This document shows, in pieces, positions 27,926 through 35,791 of a DNA stretch of 64,000 nt. The translations under genes and the position numbers were made by a program. The notes under the pieces are model-generated. The model was not told where the DNA came from. It saw only the letters and a list, made by a program, of their open reading frames with translations, and did no database searches. The stretch lies in contig JAIPBX010000002.1 in assembly GCA_021738485.1 (NCBI GenBank), positions 2,395-66,394 of the forward strand. Direction: 5' to 3'. The stretch's first letter is position 1, and every line of letters starts with the position of its first letter. The stretch comes from Bacteroidales bacterium. GTDB taxonomy: Bacteria > Bacteroidota > Bacteroidia > Bacteroidales > JAIPAH01.

Positions 27926-29076
27926 AAATAGGTATAGAAGGACAAAGACTTTTCAGAAAGAAAAAACACGGCATGGACATGGTCGCCCTGGAGCTCATAA
28001 GGAACCTTCAGCAAATAGATCATGAAAATGAATACGTGGTGTTTGTGAAACCCGACGAGGATGACCAGGTGCTTACTGAAAGTGAAAATCTCACCATTCA
28101 TCCCATCGCAGGCGGTCCCTACCCTATCTGGGAACAAGTAAAACTGCCCAAAGCTGCGGCTGAGGAACAATGCGATTTATTGCATTGCACTTCCAACACG
28201 GCTCCTACAAGTTCGAAAGTGCCTATAATGATTACCCTGCATGATATCATCTACCTTGAAAGTCTTAGCATCATAAAAAAAAGCGGCACCTGGTATCAAA
28301 AATTAGGGAATCTTTATAGACGCTGGAATGTGCCGAAGGTGGTTAAAAAAAGTAAACGCATTATCACCGTTTCCGAGTTTGAAAAGGAACGAATCCGGGA
28401 TTTCTTTGGGTTCGCGGACAATGACTCTCGTTTGGAGGCTGTTTACAATGGCGTAAGCGAACATTTTCAGCCGGTTAGGGACTCAGCAAAACTCGGGGAA
28501 GTAAAAAATAAATATGGTTTACCCGATGAGTTTTTGTTCTTCCTCGGGAATACCGACCCGAAAAAGAATACGGAAGGTGTTATGGAGGCTTACTCTCAAT
28601 ACGTAAAAGAAACAGAGCAGCCCTTGCCATTGGTATTGCTTGATTACGAGGAAAAATTACTGGACCAGTTACTTAGAAGCAAAGGTATTGAGGATATTAA
28701 ATCGCAGATTATCCTTCCGGGATATGTGGTCAATAAAGACCTTCCTGCTATCTATTCAATGAGTGTAATCTTCCTTTATCCCTCGCTCAGGGAAAGTTTT
28801 GGCATACCCATGCTGGAAGCCATGTCTTGCGGTACTCCGGTTATTACTTCCAATACTTCTTCAATGCCGGAGGTTTCGGGAGGAGCGGCAAAAATTGTGA
28901 ATCCCTACAGCATTGATGAAATAAAAGAGGCCATAAAAGAGCTGGCAACCAATGAAGAGAAAAGAAATGAGCTCATCGAACAGGGATACAATCAGGCGGC
29001 TAAATTTACCTGGAAATCAATGGCAGAAAAGGTGTTACAGATTTATAAAGACGTTGTAAACAATCAAAAAAAATAG
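27922..29076 (+). CDS. GT4 (GT-B fold) glycosyltransferase
   Basis: The C-terminal E-x7-E region ESFGIPMLEAMSCGTPVITS is typical of Glycos_transf_1. 4-nt overlap with the upstream gene. Confidence 0.85.
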   Translation: MKIGIEGQRLFRKKKHGMDMVALELIRNLQQIDHENEYVVFVKPDEDDQVLTESENLTIHPIAGGPYPIWEQVKLPKAAAEEQCDLLHCTSNTAPTSSKVPIMITLHDIIYLESLSIIKKSGTWYQKLGNLYRRWNVPKVVKKSKRIITVSEFEKERIRDFFGFADNDSRLEAVYNGVSEHFQPVRDSAKLGEVKNKYGLPDEFLFFLGNTDPKKNTEGVMEAYSQYVKETEQPLPLVLLDYEEKLLDQLLRSKGIEDIKSQIILPGYVVNKDLPAIYSMSVIFLYPSLRESFGIPMLEAMSCGTPVITSNTSSMPEVSGGAAKIVNPYSIDEIKEAIKELATNEEKRNELIEQGYNQAAKFTWKSMAEKVLQIYKDVVNNQKK

Positions 29077-29080
29077 GATC

Positions 29081-30298
29081 ATGATTGAAAACCGGGATAT
29101 AATTTGTTTTGGACTTCAGCCCTGGGATTTAGACATCGCTTTTACCTTAAAATATACGGCCATAGAAATGTCGAAGAAAAACAGGGTTCTATTCCTGAAT
29201 CCTCCGCTGCATCGCAGCGAATTGATTAAACAGCCGAATCATCCGCGTATCAAAGACCGCAAAGCTGTAATGACAGGGAAAAAACCGGATTTGTATCAAT
29301 ATAATGATAATTTATGGGTCTTTACCCCAAAATCTGTTAATGAATCCATTAATTGGATCCCCTTTTCCTGGCTCCATGATCAGCTCAATTATATGAATGA
29401 CCGCAGGTTTGCTAAAGAAATCAAACGCGCCATCAAAAATCTGGACTTTAAGGATTATATTCTTTTTGATGATAATTCTATGCTTGTGGGATTTCATCTT
29501 AAAGAACTGTTGAAGCCGCAGCTATCAGTGTATCTTTTGAGAGATGCTGTGACACTTGTTTCTTATCACGCCCGCCATGGTAAACGACTGGAACCCGAAT
29601 TGATCCGCAAAATGGATTTGATGGTGGCCAATAGCAATTTTTTTGCCGAATATGGAAAAAAATTTAACAAACACTCATACCTGGTAGGCCAGGGCTGTGA
29701 TTTAGAATTGTATAACGATAAAGATGATACTATTGAAATACCGGAAGAACTAAAAGCCATAGAGCAACGTCCAATTATCGGGTATGTGGGGGCACTGACT
29801 ACCATTCGCCTGGATATTGACCGGCTGGTTCAATTAGCTGAGCAGAAGCCAAACTGGACGCTGGTGCTGGTGGGGCCGGAGGATGAGAATTTTAAGGCTT
29901 CCCGCCTGCACCAACTGGATAATGTGATTTTTCTGGGACGAAAAGATCCATCGACGCTGCCCGGCTATATTAAAGGTTTTGACGTAGCTATTAATCCGCA
30001 GGTGGTTAATCCGATTACCGATGTGAATTATCCGCTAAAAATCGATGAATACCTGGCCCTGGGGAAACCCACCGTAGCTTCAAAAACAACTTTCATGGAC
30101 TATTTTAAGGATTACACGTATCTGGCTGATACGCACCAGGAGTTTATTGATAAAATTGAACAAGCTTTGCAGGAGGATAGTCCACAGCTTCACAGTCAGC
30201 GCATAGATTTTGCTTCGTCCCATACATGGGAGAATTTTGTTGCTAAAATCTATAACCATATTGAAGAGGTGGAACAGGAAAAAATGAACGAGGCATGA
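29081..30298 (+). CDS. GT-B fold glycosyltransferase (TuaH/GT4-like)
   Basis: GYVGALTTIRLDIDRL...LVLVGPED...FLGRKD...FDVAINPQ...KIDEYLALGKPTVAS. Confidence 0.7.
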   Translation: MIENRDIICFGLQPWDLDIAFTLKYTAIEMSKKNRVLFLNPPLHRSELIKQPNHPRIKDRKAVMTGKKPDLYQYNDNLWVFTPKSVNESINWIPFSWLHDQLNYMNDRRFAKEIKRAIKNLDFKDYILFDDNSMLVGFHLKELLKPQLSVYLLRDAVTLVSYHARHGKRLEPELIRKMDLMVANSNFFAEYGKKFNKHSYLVGQGCDLELYNDKDDTIEIPEELKAIEQRPIIGYVGALTTIRLDIDRLVQLAEQKPNWTLVLVGPEDENFKASRLHQLDNVIFLGRKDPSTLPGYIKGFDVAINPQVVNPITDVNYPLKIDEYLALGKPTVASKTTFMDYFKDYTYLADTHQEFIDKIEQALQEDSPQLHSQRIDFASSHTWENFVAKIYNHIEEVEQEKMNEA

Positions 30299-31488
30299 TT
30301 GAAAACCGGGATATAGTGATAACGGGTCTTCAGAATTTTTATGGCGAAGGGGGTAGCAACGCGGTAAATATTGCCCGAAAACTGGCCATGAAAAACAGGG
30401 TCTTGTATGTCAATTATCCCCTGGATCGCAGTACCGTTCTGCGTAAAAGAAAAGACCCTGATGTTTCAAAGCGGCTCCGCGATATTCATAAAAAAAACCT
30501 GCCACTACAGCAGTATGAGGAGAATCTTTGGGTTTTCAACCCTCCGACTATTATGGAATCAACGAGTAAGATTCCTTTCGCACCGGTTTTCAACATGTTG
30601 ATGCGTATCAATAACAAACGCTTAGCCAGGCAAATACAAAGGGCCATAGATGAGCTTGATTTCCGGGATTTTATTCTTTTCGAGGATGGGGATATTTATC
30701 GTACCCTGTATTTGAAAGAGCTGCTGCAGCCCGGCCTGTTCATCTATTACAGTCGCGACAACATCACAGCCACCCGGTTTTATCGTCACCACGGTAAGCG
30801 CATCGAAAGCCTTATGATGAAAAAAGCGGATGCCGTATTGTGTAATTCCCAATACCTGGCTGATCTGGCCCTGCCATATAACCCAAACAGTTTTAATGTA
30901 GGTCAGGGTGTGGATCTCTCGCTTTTCCGCGAGCAAAAGGTAGCTTCCGATTTGAAAACAGATGAGATGAAGGTAGTCATCGGATATGCCGGGGCTTTGA
31001 ATGCAAACAGGCTGGATATTGAGCTGATACGTTTTCTTGCCGAAAGCAAACCTCAATGGCATATCGTTTTGGTGGGTCCTGAAGATGAGATTTTTAAAAA
31101 GAGCGCATTACATCGTTTGTCGAATGTTGTTTTTACCGGAAAAAAACCGCTGGAAAAGCTTCCTGCTTACATTCAGGGTTTTGATGTGGCGATTAATCCG
31201 CAGCTTGTCAATGATATCACTATCGGCAATTACCCCCGTAAAATCGACGAATATCTTGCTATGGGGAAACCTGTGGTGGCAGTAGAAACGGAAACCATGA
31301 AAATGTTCTCGGAGGTGGTTTTTCTGGCTGAGGATTATCAGGCGTTCCTGAAAGGATGCGAGCAGGCGCTGAAGGAAAAAGAGGAGAATGTAAACCGTCG
31401 GAAAGCGGTAGCCCGCGAGCATACGTGGGATCAAAATATAGAAAATATATCTCGGATCTTCAACGAAATTGAAAAACAAAAAAGATGA
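30295..31488 (+). CDS. GT-B fold glycosyltransferase, tandem paralog of the previous gene
   Basis: Both proteins start MIENRDI, and the first ~20 nt are identical (ATGATTGAAAACCGGGATATA). GYAGALNANRLDIELI...IVLVGPED...FDVAINPQ...KIDEYLAMGKPVVAV. 4-nt overlap. Confidence 0.7.
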   Translation: MIENRDIVITGLQNFYGEGGSNAVNIARKLAMKNRVLYVNYPLDRSTVLRKRKDPDVSKRLRDIHKKNLPLQQYEENLWVFNPPTIMESTSKIPFAPVFNMLMRINNKRLARQIQRAIDELDFRDFILFEDGDIYRTLYLKELLQPGLFIYYSRDNITATRFYRHHGKRIESLMMKKADAVLCNSQYLADLALPYNPNSFNVGQGVDLSLFREQKVASDLKTDEMKVVIGYAGALNANRLDIELIRFLAESKPQWHIVLVGPEDEIFKKSALHRLSNVVFTGKKPLEKLPAYIQGFDVAINPQLVNDITIGNYPRKIDEYLAMGKPVVAVETETMKMFSEVVFLAEDYQAFLKGCEQALKEKEENVNRRKAVAREHTWDQNIENISRIFNEIEKQKR

Positions 31489-32102
31489 GCATAAAAGACA
31501 TTGTACGCGACAATCCAAAGTTAAAAAAGCTGGCCCTTCGGTTGATGATGCCCCGCAACCAGGCCAGGCCCAGGCTCTGGGTGAAGTGGTTTGTCAATCC
31601 GTTTAAGCATAAAAAGGGGAAAAGGGCCCTGATTCGGCGCCGCACACGAATGGATGTGATGCCGTGGAATCGTTTTGAGGTGGGTAAAGATTCTACTATT
31701 GAAGACTTTGCTACTATCAATAATGGTGTGGGAGATATCATTATCGGTGAGCGCACGCGCATCGGGCTGGGCAATACGCTGATTGGCCCGGTGCATGTCG
31801 GCAACGACATTATGTTCGCTCAGAATGTGGTGGCAAGCGGGCTGAATCATGGCTACGAGGATGTAACGAAACCTATTCATAACCAGCCTACATCTACCAA
31901 ACTCATCACTATTGAGGACGGAGCCTGGATAGCGGCTAACAGTGTGATTACCGCCGGAGTAACCGTAGGAAAAAATGCGGTGGTGGCGGCCGGAAGTATA
32001 GTGGTGCGCGATGTTGAGCCATTTACCATTGTGGCCGGGAATCCGGCGAAACCTGTGAAGCAATACAGTACGGAGACACAAAAATGGGAGAAAATAAAAT
32101 AG
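31485..32102 (+). CDS. Hexapeptide-repeat (LbH) O-acetyltransferase, WcaF-like
   Basis: Left-handed beta-helix repeats (IGERTRIGLGNTLIGPVHVGNDI...IEDGAWIAANSVITAGVTVGKNAVVAAGSIV). Confidence 0.8.
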   Translation: MSIKDIVRDNPKLKKLALRLMMPRNQARPRLWVKWFVNPFKHKKGKRALIRRRTRMDVMPWNRFEVGKDSTIEDFATINNGVGDIIIGERTRIGLGNTLIGPVHVGNDIMFAQNVVASGLNHGYEDVTKPIHNQPTSTKLITIEDGAWIAANSVITAGVTVGKNAVVAAGSIVVRDVEPFTIVAGNPAKPVKQYSTETQKWEKIK

Positions 32103-32136
32103 GATATCAAAACTTTATTAAATCAATTGATTTATT

Positions 32137-33327
32137 ATGGAGACACTTGCGATTATTTTCTGGGTTCTTTTGCTATTGGTCTTCTATAGCTATCTGGGCT
32201 ATGCTCTTGTTTTGTTTATCCTGGTGCGTCTGAAGCGCATGCTGAAAACACAAAAATCTTCCTATAGGGATATAGAATATGAACCCGAGGTAACCCTGTT
32301 TGTGGCTGCCTATAATGAGAAAGACTACCTCGACCGAAAAGTGAAGAATGGCTTTGAGCTGAATTATCCGAATGAAAAAATCAGGCAGGTGTGGGTGACC
32401 GACGGTTCTGACGATGGCACACCGGAGCTTCTAAGGCAATATGATGGCGTAGAAGTATACCACAAGGATGAGCGTGCCGGGAAAATTGCTGCCATGAACC
32501 GGGGTATGCAGTTTGTGGAAAGCCCGATTGTTATTTTTTCGGATGGAAATACTATTCTTGGAAAGGATTCGATAAGGGAAATTGTGAATTTGTTTAAAAA
32601 TCCCAAAGTGGGCTGTGTATCGGGTGAGAAACGTATTTTCACCAAGGAAGCCGATGGGGCTAGCAGTGCCGGAGAAGGAATTTACTGGAAATACGAATCC
32701 ACGCTAAAGAAATGGGATTTTGAACTTTATTCGGTGGTAGGTGCCGCCGGTGAACTGTTTGCGATACGGCGGGAACTGTTCGAAGAAGTGGAGCGTGATA
32801 CCCTGCTGGATGATTTTATTATATCTCTGCGGGTAGCCCAAAAGGGTTATCGTATTGGATATAACCCCAACGCCTATGCCATTGAAAGTGCTTCGGCCAA
32901 TGTCAGGGAAGAACTGAAACGGAAAGTGCGGATTGCAGCAGGCGGGTTTCAGTCGATCGTTAGACTGAAATCTCTGTTAAATCCATTGAAATACAAAACG
33001 CTAACCTTTCAGTATATTAGCCATCGCGTCTTGCGCTGGACGGTGGCTCCTTTTTCGCTGCCTGTGATTTTTATTCTGAATGGTATCCTGGCCTGGCACC
33101 AGGGGTTTTTTACCCTGCAGCTTTATCCGGTGCTGTTTGGATTGCAAATACTCTTCTACCTGGCAGCTTTAGTGGGATGGTTCCTGGAGGAGAAGCAGCT
33201 ACGGATAAAGGTGCTTTTTGTGCCCTATTATTTTTTAATTATGAATTATTCTGTTTATCTTGGTTTTTTACGATATCTAAAAGGAGGTCAAACGGTAAAA
33301 TGGGAAAGAGCCATACGAGGACAATAA
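32137..33327 (+). CDS. Membrane-embedded GT2 glycosyltransferase (synthase-like, degenerate QxxRW)
   Basis: N-terminal TM, VAAYNEKD, TDGSDDGT, FSDGNT (D-x-D-like), VVGAAGELF, KRKVRIAAGG in place of QxxRW, and C-terminal TM helices. Confidence 0.75.
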   Translation: METLAIIFWVLLLLVFYSYLGYALVLFILVRLKRMLKTQKSSYRDIEYEPEVTLFVAAYNEKDYLDRKVKNGFELNYPNEKIRQVWVTDGSDDGTPELLRQYDGVEVYHKDERAGKIAAMNRGMQFVESPIVIFSDGNTILGKDSIREIVNLFKNPKVGCVSGEKRIFTKEADGASSAGEGIYWKYESTLKKWDFELYSVVGAAGELFAIRRELFEEVERDTLLDDFIISLRVAQKGYRIGYNPNAYAIESASANVREELKRKVRIAAGGFQSIVRLKSLLNPLKYKTLTFQYISHRVLRWTVAPFSLPVIFILNGILAWHQGFFTLQLYPVLFGLQILFYLAALVGWFLEEKQLRIKVLFVPYYFLIMNYSVYLGFLRYLKGGQTVKWERAIRGQ

Positions 33328-34964
33328 CTTTTGTGATAGTTTTAGGTATGATGCTGCTAACCGGACTGGAAAGCCTGGGGCAGTGCGACATCACAATTCC
33401 TTCTGAAACGAATTTGGTTGACGGAAATGATTATGACTTTCAACCCGGGGATGTGATATGCCTGGAAGGTGGAGAAAAACCTTACCTGCTGCTCCGGAAT
33501 ATTGATCCTGAAGGGAACTTTAATCAGCCTGTGACATTTCGTAATCACAACGGGGAAGTGACTTTCGATACGGACCATTACTATGGCATCTCCATTTCGA
33601 ATTGTAACAATATCGTGCTGAGTGGTAATGGAGACGATGATTATACGTATGGAATAAAAATTTTAAGGGTGGCTAACGGAACAGGATTAAGTATAGGCGA
33701 TCTTAGTTCTAAGGTTGAAGTGCGGGGGATTGAAATCAGTAACACCAACTATGCCGGGTTGATATCCAAAACGGACCCGTTCTGCGAAAACGGACAGATC
33801 AAAGGAACACGGGAGGATTTTATCCAGGAGGATATTATTATCCATGATAATTATATCCATCATACCGGTACGGAAGGCATGTACATAGGGAGCTCAAAAT
33901 ATTTGCAGGGTTTTGATGTGGAATGTAATGGCGATACGCAGCATGTACTTCCCCATGTCAACTCGGGAGTGCAAGTGTATGACAATCGCGTTGAATATAC
34001 GGGTTGGGACGGAATACAGGTTTCCTCAGCGGTGGATAATTGTGATATTTATGGGAATGATATTGACCATGACAGCGAAGAGGCCGCTTATAATCAAATG
34101 AGCGGTATGCTCATCGGAACGGCCAGTGTATGTGATTGCTACAACAATAAAATCATCGACGGAAAAGGCGATGGAATGGATATTCTGGGTGCAGGAAATC
34201 AAAAAATCTACAATAATCTGATTGTCAACGCTGGTCAAAGATATGACGGAAGTGGCAATGATAACAAACATGGCATTTATTCCGCTCACCTTTATACTTT
34301 TGACGGGGCCTACATGTATTACTATAATAATACGATTATCAATCCCCGCACCTATGGGATTAGCCATCGAAACGATCAACTGGAGAGCAGCAGGGCATAT
34401 AATAATGTCGTTATCGATCCGGGAGCGTACGAGGATGAAGGGGATGAGGCTTATATTCATCTCTCTTCCGAATCCATTCCGATGGATATGAAAAACAATT
34501 ATTTTGGTCAGAACGTTAATACGGCAGGTTTTGACCAGCCGGAAAATAATAATTTCGACCTACAAGTGAATTCCTCGTTGGTTAATGCCGGACGATCAAT
34601 AGGCGGGATAAATTTTGATATTGAGAACCGAACCCGCCCTCATGCAGGAGGGATGGATATCGGGGCCTATGAATGTCATAAACCGGGCGTGGGAATAGAA
34701 GAATACGACAACAACAGCCAAGTGAAGGTGTTTCCCAACCCGGCGAGAACAAAATTGGCGATTGAAGTTTATTTGCCCCGACCTTCAGATTGTTCTTTGA
34801 CGATCTTTAATGTGATGGGCCAAACCGTATTTTCATCTACCATGCGACAGAAAAAAACAAAACATAAGTGGATGATTCCAGTACCCCAATGGGTTTCAGG
34901 CTCTTACTTTTATCAATTGGAATCATTGAATAAACAGTGGAGAGGAAAATTTTTTAAACATTAA
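33300..34964 (+). CDS. Secreted right-handed parallel beta-helix protein with T9SS C-terminal sorting domain (possible polysaccharide lyase, hydrolase or epimerase)
   Basis: I chose the start at MGKSHTRTITFVIVLGMMLLTG (33300). It has repeated N-x-I/V-x-G/N beta-helix rungs (ISISNCNNIVLSGN, IHDNYIHHTG, VYDNRVEYTG, IYGNDIDH, CYNNKIIDG, IYNNLIVNAG, YYNNTIINP, AYNNVVIDP). The C-terminus VKVFPNPARTKLAIEV...YFYQL is T9SS-like. Confidence 0.7.
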   Translation: MGKSHTRTITFVIVLGMMLLTGLESLGQCDITIPSETNLVDGNDYDFQPGDVICLEGGEKPYLLLRNIDPEGNFNQPVTFRNHNGEVTFDTDHYYGISISNCNNIVLSGNGDDDYTYGIKILRVANGTGLSIGDLSSKVEVRGIEISNTNYAGLISKTDPFCENGQIKGTREDFIQEDIIIHDNYIHHTGTEGMYIGSSKYLQGFDVECNGDTQHVLPHVNSGVQVYDNRVEYTGWDGIQVSSAVDNCDIYGNDIDHDSEEAAYNQMSGMLIGTASVCDCYNNKIIDGKGDGMDILGAGNQKIYNNLIVNAGQRYDGSGNDNKHGIYSAHLYTFDGAYMYYYNNTIINPRTYGISHRNDQLESSRAYNNVVIDPGAYEDEGDEAYIHLSSESIPMDMKNNYFGQNVNTAGFDQPENNNFDLQVNSSLVNAGRSIGGINFDIENRTRPHAGGMDIGAYECHKPGVGIEEYDNNSQVKVFPNPARTKLAIEVYLPRPSDCSLTIFNVMGQTVFSSTMRQKKTKHKWMIPVPQWVSGSYFYQLESLNKQWRGKFFKH

Positions 34965-34968
34965 AATT

Positions 34969-35787
34969 ATGAATATTAAGCCTGTACTAAAACGTGTTAT
35001 CCCTTTCCAGGTAGGTGTTAAACTAAGAGGAGGCTACCAAAAGTTTCTTAAAATAATATACCAGGGCAACAACTATTATTGCCCTTTTTGCGACAATTCG
35101 TTTCGCACGTTCCTGAAAGGAGGATATCCTAATCCGCTGGCGGAAAAGATGGAAATTATCGGTGCCGGGAAGCGTTCTAATATGTTATGCCCCCGATGCT
35201 ATTCGACAGATCGCGATAGGTTAATCTATCTGTATTTGAAAGAAAAGACGGATGTGTTTGATAAGTCTCAAAGAATTCTTCATATTGCCCCGACGGGAAG
35301 TCTGAAACATTTGCTGGAAAATATCCCCCACCTTCAATATGAAACGGGAGATAAATATGAAGAGGGATACAGAGGCTATTATTATGATAGGGACGTAATC
35401 CAGATGGATGTTACAGCACTGCCCTACGATGATGATCAGTTCGATATGGTCATCTGCAATCATGTGCTTGAGCATGTCAAGGAAGATATTGCTGCTATGA
35501 AAGAAATCAGGAGGGTGATGAAAAAACAGGGAAAAGCGATTCTGCAGGTACCTGTGGCAATGGCATTGCCCGAGACGGATGAAGATGACCCGGGAAATGC
35601 TCAGGAAAGGGAAAATAGGTTCGGACAGTTTGATCATGTACGTCTCTATGCCCGCGATTATAATGAACGTATGAAAAAAGCGGGCTTTACCGTGGAAGTA
35701 CATAATCCGGGAAATGACGGATGGGATAAGAAATATAAAAAATTGTCGATTAACCCATTGGAAAATGTATATGTGGGTATAAAATAA
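34969..35787 (+). CDS. Class I SAM-dependent methyltransferase with N-terminal Cys4 zinc-ribbon-like motif
   Basis: YYCPFCDNSF...CPRCYSTDRDR (CxxC...CxxC), then ILHIAPTG and FDMVICNHVLEHV (Methyltransf_11-like). Confidence 0.7.
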   Translation: MNIKPVLKRVIPFQVGVKLRGGYQKFLKIIYQGNNYYCPFCDNSFRTFLKGGYPNPLAEKMEIIGAGKRSNMLCPRCYSTDRDRLIYLYLKEKTDVFDKSQRILHIAPTGSLKHLLENIPHLQYETGDKYEEGYRGYYYDRDVIQMDVTALPYDDDQFDMVICNHVLEHVKEDIAAMKEIRRVMKKQGKAILQVPVAMALPETDEDDPGNAQERENRFGQFDHVRLYARDYNERMKKAGFTVEVHNPGNDGWDKKYKKLSINPLENVYVGIK

Positions 35788-35791
35788 GCTT

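Noticed and set aside
33177-33299. Upstream extension of the beta-helix protein ORF.
   Set aside because: It would overlap the GT2 gene by 150 nt. The Met at 33300 is followed by a basic n-region and a hydrophobic signal peptide.
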